This document shows, in pieces, positions 12,712 through 23,025 of a DNA stretch of 64,000 nucleotides. Source of the DNA: Klebsormidium nitens (taxonomy: Eukaryota > Plantae > Klebsormidiophyceae); NCBI GenBank assembly GCA_000708835.1, contig DF237064.1, positions 1-64,000 on the forward strand, given 5' to 3'. Position numbers and translations under genes: made by a program. Below the pieces are notes generated by a model. That model saw nothing but the letters and a program-made list of their open reading frames with translations. It was not told where the DNA came from and searched no databases. Numbering within the stretch: position 1 is the stretch's first letter; every line of letters begins with the position of its first letter.

Positions 12712-15700
12712 TCAGAACGACTTCAACTCATGCAACAAAAGAGGGTCGACTTCGACCTTTTGACTGTCTGTAATCTCGGCGGCGCTGAACGCCCCGGAAT
12801 GACCGCTCGGTAAGCGGCGGGCGCCAGAGCCGCTCGCGGCCGCGCCTCCGTCTGAGCCCGGCTGAGCGGGCGGGGAATCGTTCTGCTTCTTGTCCAGGAT
12901 GATCTGAAACGACAACTTGCCACGTCTAAGAAGTCGAAACGTAAATGAATTTAGCAATAAGACGAGACAACTAGCACGGGGACACGAGACACCGCATTCG
13001 AGCGGACTCCACCAAGTCGAGGACCTAGTACCGCTACGTCGCAAATGCATGCCACAGGAAGGACCTAAGATGTGGATAGGGGAACGACTGGCTCTATTGC
13101 ACACGAAACACCAAATATGACGGGGAGTGACGTGGGGAGGTAACAGCCTACGCCGATAGGAAGAAAAGGGTTGAAACTCGACGAACGAAGCAAAAAGTTG
13201 AGCAGATGTCCGAGGTCTAGGGTCCTGTTGTCCCGGATCAGGAAGCTGTCAGCAACCCACACCCGCCTTCCTTCGGCAATGCAAGTTGAGCAACGAAAAC
13301 CGCAGCGAAGTGTTCTGGGTCCATCAGCTGAACCTTAAGTGCTTGCCGAACAATGAAAGCCAAAGGCTAGGATTGCCCGCCTGATCCCGGGCCCCGCACT
13401 TAACATCAGTCCTTACTCAGACTCTAGGGCTAACGTCAGCAATCCAAAGGCAAACAGAAACGGAAAAGAAGCGAATGTTAAACCTAGTCGCTTTACTTCC
13501 GCTCACCAGGCGGCCGTCCCTGTCAGGTAGAACACGATGCAGTCCCCCGGGGCTAAGTCCAACGGCTGACGTCAGCGACAGAAGGTAGATCAATGCGCCG
13601 AAATCAGCAAATAGAGAGTGGAAAGAGAAACACCGAACCCCGGACGCCTTGCTGTCGCTCACCAGGCGTCCGTCGTTTACCCGATGGCGCCCCCCCGGGG
13701 CTGATTCAAAGTGCTGACGTCAGCAATACCAAAGCCAAAGTTCCGCGCTATAATAACGAAAATCAGCACTCGGAAAAGAAGAGCGGCGAGTCTCAGTGTC
13801 TACCAGGCGACCATTCTCTGCCCGGTAGATAGAGAATAAGTTACCGAGGGCTAAAGCAAAGCGCTGAGATCGGCGAAAGCAAATGCAGATTGGATTTCGA
13901 AAGCAATAAACTTCTCTCGCTTACCAGGCGGCGGTCGTCTGCCCGGTAGAAAGCGAGAAGATCCCCTGGCGCGAGCCCGCGCGATTGGAGGAAGTCGCCC
14001 GCGTGCTCCAGAACGTACATTCGGCTCCTGTTGTTGAGCCAGACGCTGCAAAGAGGATGGGCATTTATGGTCTTCATTCCCGATCGAAATGTATCCCTTT
14101 CGTGGCTGGAAAGAACGTTTCCCGCGTGCTCGAAGACGTACATCCGGCTCCTGTCAAGCCATACGCTGCAAAGAACGAAACGAGCGCTGATTATACTGTG
14201 CTCCAATCCAATGAATCCGTTTTGTGCTCCAATCCAATGACTCCGTTTTGTGTCGACAGCTGGACCCACTATCCGGCACCAAGTGGCTCTGTCGTCTTTC
14301 TCGGGTCGCTAGCTTTCGTGGGTGGACAGAAAGAAGCGATCTTCGCGAACCCCTCGAGCTATTTCAGTCTCCAAGAACCATCTGCTGCGGGAAAACGAGC
14401 AGTCGAGTGGGAATGGTCAAGCTGCAAAAGGAAGGGCCGGGGAAAAACGGTCGAACGCCAACTAACGTCCTGCCCGCATTCCCTTAGCTCGATCCCTGCA
14501 GCTGACAAAACTGATGGAAAAGCCGCTTCTTGGAAACGGCCTTCCTATGTACTGAGCCTCCCCGTGTTTTCATCAGAAGCAGAGCAGACAAACGCAACGG
14601 AAGTGCCGGTTTTGGCAACGGCCTTACCTGTAGCGGAGCTGCCACGTCTTCCCGTCAGCGTCCGTCACTGTCAGGGTGCAGCTCTCCTTGCCGGCCATCC
14701 GAGGCAGATGCCCCTCCGCTTGAACCTGCGGAGATGAAGCCGCTTCAGGGTTGAGAAACCGGTTGCTTGCCCCCTATAACTTCCAAAACTAAACTAGTGT
14801 GCAGGACTTCACAAATTTCCTGCACATATTGGTTCCTTTTTCCCCCGTCCATGAATGATAAGCACTCCCATGTAATTTCACCAGCGGGATGCACGAACCA
14901 TGACGCTGTAAACAGTCTCGTCAGAGGGGGCCAATCGCTTGCTCCTGCTTCCAAGACCGCAAGACCCCATTCCAAGACGGATGACAGTTTCGCAGTTGCT
15001 AAAACGGAAGGGCGACAAACAAGCTCGTTCAAAAACATAAAAGATCTTCTAGCATTTGCAAGACCGGAACAGAAATGAGCGCGACTTCAGACAGTCGCAT
15101 ATCCACACAACCAGAAAAGCGTCCCCTTGCGAAGAAAACAATCCGTTGAGCCGCTGTAACGGCCTTCGCGGCGGTAAGAAGATACGTGCAAGAATAAGGG
15201 CGTCCCACAAAAGGAAGATTGTTGACTGACCTTGGGCATGACGATCCTTCCCAACGGATTGGTGTCGCTTATCGTCAGCGCCTTCTCGAACAGGTACGTG
15301 CAGCCCGGGAGCTCCGCCGTGACCTTCCGCTCCTGCGATTCCGTCCGTTCCATCCGTCCGGCGGAATGCCGCCTCTCACCTCCAAAAGAAGGCCGGAAAT
15401 CGCCGGAAGCATTTCTGGACGGGTTAGGGAAGCTGTTGACAAGCTCTGGGATTGACTGGGGTGAATGGGCACCGACTTGGTGACTAGGGGTTTGACGTTC
15501 TTGACTACTCTGGTTAGCGAAACCCGCCATTGCTGAAGTCAGCTGCTGACTCTCACCCGCAGTTCCTGCGGGCTGGTCAGCGTTAACCGAGGTGATTCCG
15601 GCCTCGATCCCCCAGTGAGAAAGATCTATCGACGGAAAAGATGGGAGAGTGCTCAACGTTCGGCCTCCCGACCCGTCCCAAACCGCTTGGCTGGGAGCGC

Positions 15701-17762
15701 CATTTTCCAGGGGGGTCTGCTTTCCTTCACTGGGGTTCAGAATTTGGACGGGCTCGAGGATCAGCGGGTTGAAGTCAGTAAGCGGCTTTTCACACTCCGT
15801 CAACTCCGAATCGTCGCCGCTTTCGCTTGGAAAGGTCCGACGATTTGGGCTTAAAATGGGGGCGCTAGAAGGGGTGGGGGGGGCGAGGACCGGGGGGAGT
15901 GGGCTAGGCGCTTCTGTGCGCTGCCTCTTAGTGGGGGGGTCCAGGCCCTCTAACAAGGTGCCCCCCGCTTTGAGGAGCGAGCGCTTTTGACGGTACTCCA
16001 TGCAGAGGTCGAACAACTTCCGGACCTGAAGACAAAGCGGAGACACCGTCAGTGCTAGGTTACCCAAAGTAGAAACAAACCTTAGCGTTCGCCCCATCAA
16101 GAAAGGCAACACGCACAACTTGAGCTTTCACCAGTTTCTTTCTTCGAACCTGTCCTTACTCGACCTGTGCCACCGCTTCTAACGCCCACAAAGAGGGGTT
16201 GGCACAAGCTTTAATGCTTCCCCTGACCTCGAACTGTCAACTAGGAGCCTTCTTGTGACGCAAATACAGAGTGGTCTTGACGAATCAAGTCCCGGATCTC
16301 AGCAGAGAATGGACAAGAAAACAACTTTTTTGATTTTCAGCAACAATTCCAGGACGGATGCCTCAGAGCACCGCACCTTCTCCGGCTCGAAGTCCTTCAG
16401 CTTCCTGCGCAGCACTTTCTTCACGTTGTCCACGGCCAGCCCCGTGTCGCCTCGCATCGACGCCTCACTCGCCAGCCCCCCCTCGTTTTGCGACCCCTGG
16501 CTCCCTATGCTGCTCCCGCTACCCCCCCCGAAAGAGAGGGGCCCGTTTACCTGGTAGGGAACATCCACCACAGTCCCAATCACCCCTCCAAAAGGTAACT
16601 GCATTCCCGCCCCAAAGGGAGGCACGAATGCTGCAGGGGGGATCCCTTGAGGCCACTGGCCTGGGGCCGGGGGGTGGAACGGGCCCTGCACTGTTGGGGG
16701 GGGGACAAACGGACCGACAAACGGCTGCCCCATCACAGCCGCCTGCGCGGCAGCGAGGCTTGCGAGCGCCGCTCTACTGAGGGGGGGGTGCGAACCATCT
16801 GTGATCAGCCCCGCCGGTATGCTCCAGGGGGGGTGCGACACGGGGGGCTTGTGTTCCTTCGGCCGGTGGTTCGAGATCCACTTTTTGAGCTGGCGCATCC
16901 CCATGCCGATCAGTTCGCACATCTGCTGTGCCCGAGGATCGTTCTCTAGCCCGGGCGTTGCCCACTTTATGCTCTCCCCGAAGTCGTAGAGCGCTTTCTG
17001 TTGCTGGGGAGTGAAGCGCATACGGGGGCCCGCGAGGGGGTCCTGCATATCCAGGGGGGGCGGGGTCGAGGGCAGCATCGGGCGGCCGATCTTGCGGGAG
17101 CCGGAAGAGGCGGTTTGGCGGGTGCCGGAGGACCGCCGAGAGACGGCACTTTGGAAGGGCGGCCGGGCTGAGAGTGCATAATAGGCTGCATCGCTGCGCT
17201 TCCAAGCCTGCGCCTGTGAGCCAGCATTGGGCGCCTTTCCCATCTTTGCTTCCCATTGCAACTGCTGGTCAGCGCTTGGCGGAGCGAAGTCCGGGGAGCC
17301 ATCTTGCCCACCAATTTCAGAGGCCCACCCGCTCTCCAAACTTCTTTTGCCACCTTCCCCGCTACCCCCCGTACTCTCCCCCTCGATCACGTGAGCAGCC
17401 CCCTCTCCAGTATCCCCAAGAGCTGCGAGCAAGCCCTCATCCGTCCAGTCATTCGACACCCCCGATGCCCCTTCCAGTGGGGCCGCCTGCCCCTCCGCCA
17501 GCCCCCCATCCCAATCAAAGAGCTCTGTGAGTAACTCTAAGCTGGCAAGCCTGGTTAGCTTTCGCTCCTCATGCCCTGGGGGTTTGAAGTTCTCGAAACC
17601 CTCGGATGACAGGAGGTCTGACACGAAATCTAAACTGGCGAGACGATCCAACCCCTTGAACGCCTCCCCCTCCCCACCCCCCTCCAGTTCTGCCAGAACA
17701 TTCTCCCAAGGAATGTTGCTAGGGTTTGGTGCGGGGGCCTGGACGGTACCTTCTGAAGTCAT
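12712..17762 (-). CDS. Transcription factor with ZF-HD-type homeodomain and LAV (ABI3/VAL)-type B3 domain, ~863 aa; exons 17762(17772)-16377, 16025-15231, 14725-14628, 14045-13925, 12903-12712
   Basis: The spliced B3 reads YLFEKALTISDTNPLGRIVMPK|VQAEGHLPRMAGKESCTLTVTDADGKTWQLRYS|VWLNNRSRMYVLEHAGDFLQSRGLAPGDLLAFYRADDRRL|IILDKK. The upstream exon encodes RMRFTPQQQKALYDFGESIKW...QQMCELIGMGMRQLKKWISNHR. An acceptor at 17773 means a further upstream exon may exist. Confidence 0.88.
13495..14175 (-). repeat. Echoes of B3 exon 14045-13925: three donor-side copies (~13800-13840, ~13655-13720, ~13497-13575) and one acceptor-side copy (~14108-14175)
   Basis: CGCCTG|GT is repeated at each donor echo. 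The acceptor echo tttgcag|CGTATGGCTTGACAGGAGCCGGATGTAC lies 120 nt upstream of the real acceptor. Confidence 0.9.
14197..14248. repeat. Near-perfect 26-nt tandem duplication in an intron
   Basis: tgtgctccaatccaatga(a/c)tccgttt occurs twice in tandem. Confidence 0.85.
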
Positions 17763-19390
17763 GCTTTCCAACCTGCGAAAGCAGAGAAGGTGAGCGTCAG
17801 GCTGGGTATGCATCGAAGATGCAATGGCAGGTATGGTGCATCATGAAACGTGATAACCTAAAAGACGCTTGATGCCAATCACAAAATGCTGGACAAGGGC
17901 TGATTAATGGCTACCCTATGTATCGCTGGACGCACTTGCAACAAGTGAAAGCTAGGCACGGCGTAACATGTAATACAAAATTGGACAAGACAGTGTGAGA
18001 AGAAGCATCCGCTTGATAGTGCAGAAGATGTTGCGGATTCAGTAAGTCAGAAGAATTAGCCACTGGCAAAGCAAGCACAGATTCTGTTCGATGATGCACT
18101 GCATAAAATATTTTCAGAATTGTTGAATGGGTGTATGTTTCTCAGTATCTGGTCTACATTCAGAATTCAGAATCGTTTCGGTTATGCAGTCTTACGATAC
18201 GCCGATTATTGTGCTCATCAAGCATGTTCCTTTTCATCATAGGTGGCCAACTTCATTCAAACACTCCACCTAGCAATGCATCAACAGCCTCTAAGAACCA
18301 TGAAACTGGCTCTCTGCAATTGGTGATCGACTTTGTGACAGATGGACCTGCAACCTTTCTTTCAGAACACAACAAGCAGTTCTCCCTTGTCTTTTTTGAA
18401 TGAGTAGGCCCAAATCTGTCAGCAATAGAGCATGTCATCAAAATGCCAGTCGCTACTATGGAAGTTAAGAACACACTCACTTGCAAGGGTCTCTCAACAC
18501 TCGCTGCACGTGGCAGGAACAGGATGTCTGTCAGGCCTCCGCTGAAATCGGTGTCTCCATGGGGTAAGGTTTCAACTTGCAACACCATGTGCTTGCCACC
18601 TTTGCATGTTCACCTCTTCTTTCAGGCAGTGCTCCAATCTACTTTTAATCCATCATGCTCTCACAGCCCTTCTGCAAAGACGTGACATACGCCCCCCTGT
18701 CTTGAGCGAAGCTGGTGAGGCTAAAATAACATGGGACTCCGAAGCGGCCGTCATGATCAGCTACAACAAAGTGCACGACGCCCTAGCTCCCTCCCATTCC
18801 GCTTGCCAACTTGTCCTTTCAACTTGTTCGCCGCCATGTTGCTGCCAAAGCGCCGGTGACGTGTCCATCCATTTGCAAGTGGTTACAATCGCTCATGATG
18901 AGCCTCGCCCGCGTCTCCTCAAGCGCCCCAAGTTCCGAACACATTTTCCACCATGGAAATTCATCGCCAATGACAACTTGCCAGCAAGAGAACAGAGCTC
19001 ATCCGAAAGCCCCAAAAAGAAGAGGCGGCCACTTTTGCAGAGGACAGCCTGCATGTGGTCCGTTTGCGGAGTGCAATTTGCGACGGTGCCTCGACGTGCG
19101 GGTCAGACTTGGCAGGCCGACATCGCGACGCTTGGCGTTTGTTGGGATGAGTCAAACTGTTCGGCCAATCAGAACTTGGCATAAGAATGCGCGATCAGAT
19201 TGCAACAACGACCAGATCTTTCGGGATTGGAGCCGCCTGACATTGCATATGATTGAAGTTTTGCAGCTCACCAAGTTGGAAGTTGCTTACATACTCAAGT
19301 TGCTTCAGGGAGCACGATTCTGCTGCATTCTGCTGCATGCAAATTGCAATGCCAATGGTTTCTTTCCCTTTGAACAATCGGTGCTGATTC

Positions 19391-19736
19391 NNNNNNNNNN
19401 NNNNNNNNNNNNNNNNNNNNNNNNNNNNNNNNNNNNNNNNNNNNNNNNNNNNNNNNNNNNNNNNNNNNNNNNNNNNNNNNNNNNNNNNNNNNNNNNNNNN
19501 NNNNNNNNNNNNNNNNNNNNNNNNNNNNNNNNNNNNNNNNNNNNNNNNNNNNNNNNNNNNNNNNNNNNNNNNNNNNNNNNNNNNNNNNNNNNNNNNNNNN
19601 NNNNNNNNNNNNNNNNNNNNNNNNNNNNNNNNNNNNNNNNNNNNNNNNNNNNNNNNNNNNNNNNNNNNNNNNNNNNNNNNNNNNNNNNNNNNNNNNNNNN
19701 NNNNNNNNNNNNNNNNNNNNNNNNNNNNNNNNNNNN
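19391..19736. other. Assembly gap (346 N)
   Basis: Run of N in the sequence. Confidence 1.
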
Positions 19737-19945
19737 CGGTACACGACACCGATTCCCCGACAGCCTTGCGACGGTGGGTTTCAGGATAATTTCATTTTCA
19801 TTTTTGCCAATAGTTTCAAGTTCTACCGAGGAGGGCTCGAAGTTGGAGAGTGGAGGCGCGCCGGCCAGAGGACTGGCGCCTTTTTCACACTATCATCCTG
19901 TTGGCTTTGCAAGAGACATTCCTAGTAGCATGGTAACATTCTAAG

Positions 19946-21229
19946 ATGGAGGGAAAGCGACTTCGCTGCGGAAAGGTCTGCGGTGCGCAGGTTGCTGTAA
20001 GCGAGTCGGCAGAACAGCCTGAGGCATCTGCATTTGCCACGTTCCTCCCGAGCTTTTGAGGCGCATTCTTGATCTCGTCTTGGAAGGCGATGCAACTTGT
20101 AGCAGGGCTTCGTGTAAGCTGGTGTGCAGGGAGTGGCGGGATCAATTACGAAGCGCTGCTACTAGGCTGGTAAGTGGAGGAGCTGGCAAGTACAGAGATT
20201 TAGAAATGGCGCTGCAAAACAATCTGCACATTGTGGACCTAGCAGTCCGGAATGGACATAAGGACCTAAAGGGCAGAGTTTCCGATCAGAAGTATGACGT
20301 GCTTTCCCGTAGAGCTTGGTCCATTGTGACTCTATGCCCAGACAAAGGATCCCAACGAGGCCCCAAATCCCTTCCCACATTCTTAGCAGCTTCGCATGAT
20401 AGCCTGACGAGCCTTACCCTTGGAGATATCTCCCTTGATGTGGCTGATTTTGCTCAGGCCTTGATGGGCTCAGCAAGTCTGCGGAAGCTCGTTCTACGAA
20501 GAGAGTGCCTCACGGCCCCTGGGATTACGGGACTGCTGAAGAGCTTGGATCCTTTGACAGGTCTGAAGGAACTTCATCTGGAAGCTCATTTCAGTAACAG
20601 TAGGGGGGGCTTGCTACACATGTTGACCGATCATACTCTTGCCGTGCTACCTTCCAAATTCCCAAACCTTAAGATCCTGTCTCTCCACGCGTGTCTCTTC
20701 AGCATACGTGAGCCTTTTGAAAGGCCTGTTCGGTTTGACAACGCTAAGGATGGAGTTTATGGAGGTCCACCGTTTGGACACTGTCCCCGCTATTGTGGCA
20801 CAACACTCTCCTCAACTAAGGGAATTGAGTTTAAGAGCCTGGGGGGAAAGCGGGAGCTCGCACGTCTTTGAGAGTGGGGTGATGGCTGCTCTGGAGCAAT
20901 GCTCCTCTCTCAGCACTCTGAGGTTGCCAAGAATGCCAATGACTCTTGAGAAAGGGCCGATGGTTCTAGGGAAGATGGGCAACATTGAGGCACTAGAGTG
21001 TTACTTGAGCGACTGTAGTCCCTCGTTGCTTGGGACCTTGGTGAAGTTGCGTCACTTGACATTGACGGATGTTTGCAACGATCTGGATTCGGTGGCAAGG
21101 GTCGTCAAGCACTTGCCCCACTTTTCCAAGCTCAGCATCTTGAATCAGACGCTTCAGCCGCAGCAGGCTCGCTCCTTGCAAGCCCTTTTGCCCGGTGTTA
21201 CCTTGGAATATGGAAGGCCCACATTTTAG
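19946..21229 (+). pseudogene. Intronless F-box/LRR-type gene with two frameshifts (near 20042 and near 20700)
   Basis: ATG 19946 reads MEGKRLRC...SAFAT. A -1 shift then gives PPELLRRILDLV...CKLVCREW (F-box-like) and LRR-like units (LTSLTLGDI, LRKLVLRR, LKELHLEAH, LKILSLHAC). A +1 shift gives LTTLRMEF, LRELSLRAW, LSTLRLPRM, LRHLTLTDV, FSKLSILN to the stop at 21229. The frameshifts could be assembly errors. Confidence 0.75.
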
Positions 21230-21379
21230 GAAGATCTACTAAGTCATGGCTTTTGGTTGTCGATGGTCTAGAGCACTGGGAGTCGGTGGCGGCTGGATGG
21301 GACATAGCGTATCTGGCGGATTCGGTTGCAGTGCCAAAATCTGAAACGGCCACGCTACCGGAGCATTCGACAGGCTAGT

Positions 21380-22950
21380 TATTGAGCGGTTGAGTATTGT
21401 GTAGACCCGGGTCTCCACAATACTAGCTAGTGTATCAACAGACTGTAGGCCTGCATTTTGTAAACTTTTAATAGTTGGGCCACGTACCCGATCTGCGTCG
21501 ATGGTAGCTTAAACAACCAGCCGACAACGATCTACTGTCTGATCTACCATGTTAGCAGGCTCGTCAACCGCTTGTTCTTGTTTCCATGATTCGTTCAATG
21601 AATCTAGAAAAATTCAAGGCTGAAAAAGATTCTGTTCATGAGTCGGCGCATAAAACAGTGGTTGGCATTTAGCTCTTCAGTGTGATACAAGAATCATGAC
21701 CATGCACCGTGATAGTTCATGTTGCTGAGCAACATTCTATCTCTTTATTGTATTCACTTACTGCAGACTCGGTTAATTCTCGGTTGAGCACTACAGCTCA
21801 AGAATTAGCTCTGCCACATGCGCCGCGGCGCCATGGCATGCAGCTGAGCAAGCTAGCTAACATGTGATTCCATACACCCGGTATCAGTGGGCCCACAATG
21901 ATCTTGTGAATCAAGAATTAGTATGTACAAACATAAAATTACTCATATGTCTGTGCCGATGATACCGTCACATGCGTATAGTCCGATCGGGCAGCGCTGC
22001 AGCTGAGTCTAGCCTCGGTCACGTGCACATGTGTGCATGCATATAATGCGGCAATGATTTACAGCATGGCCTATAGCGGGCCTATTATACCCTGCCTGCA
22101 TGTGCCGCCTAAGTCATGCTTGCATATATGCATATGCGACTAGAAAACATTTAGTTGCGGCTCTGCCCGGCACTGGCATCTCAATTTGAACTAGATCAGT
22201 ATATGTTGGCCGCGCTGTGACGTACTTATAGCTCACCGGCCATATAATTCAATCGATGCACATGATATATGTTAATTTGATTACTCTATCTTCGCGGACG
22301 ATTAGTGACAACCGTCCGACTACTGATTATATGCAAATCGATCTGAGCGCAGATTTGAGTTTATTTGTATGCCATGGCCGTTGGATTACCGTATACCGGT
22401 ACTAAACACGGCAATCGGTCATGACACTGTGCCATATGTCTTCGACAATAATTTAGGCTTGCAGTGGATGCCAGTTCACATTAATCCGACAGTTACATAG
22501 ATGCGAATATAAGTGAAACCGAACTTATATATACAGCCCATGCAGCATTCGATGAGCTAAGTGCAATGTGATATTGCAATTGGCAGTGTGCAAGCGATCA
22601 ACTGAGTGCACAGTAGGTCGCGCTCAGTAACGTATATATGGTATATGGCATACCGAGCAAAGGTGTCTGCATGCAAACCGAAATGTCCAGCCTATACTGG
22701 TGGTGTGAACGTACTTGGGCGTTTGTTCCTGACAGATTGAAGAATCCTGAAGCAAGCCTGACGACAAGACCAAAATAGTGCAGGATGTCACTTACCGTAC
22801 TTGATATCAACACCCTATGCCACGTGGTACCATGAGCAACGCTCTTGTAAGATGGGGCGTACAATGAGCGCTGCTGACCACAGAGTTGACTGCTCATGCA
22901 CTAAGATGCTGCATATATGGCGGCACAGATTGCTTGAACGTGTGCTGGCA
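21380..22950. mobile_element. CpG-decayed non-coding tract, probable old transposon relic
   Basis: By eye, rich in CATG/TGCA/CTAG/TATA words, with no spliceable ORF, between two genes. No termini or transposase motif identified. Confidence 0.3.
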
Positions 22951-23025
22951 GGACCGGACCTAATATCTACATACGTTTTACACCTAATATTCTATGTTGG
23001 ATTTTAAGAATTGGACAATCCAAGA

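Noticed and set aside
13985-14737. 250-aa plus-strand ORF
   Set aside because: Antisense shadow of B3 exons and their echoes; no recognisable domain.
18811-19944. 377-aa, 184-aa and 149-aa ORFs in the track
   Set aside because: They are long only because they read through the N gap.
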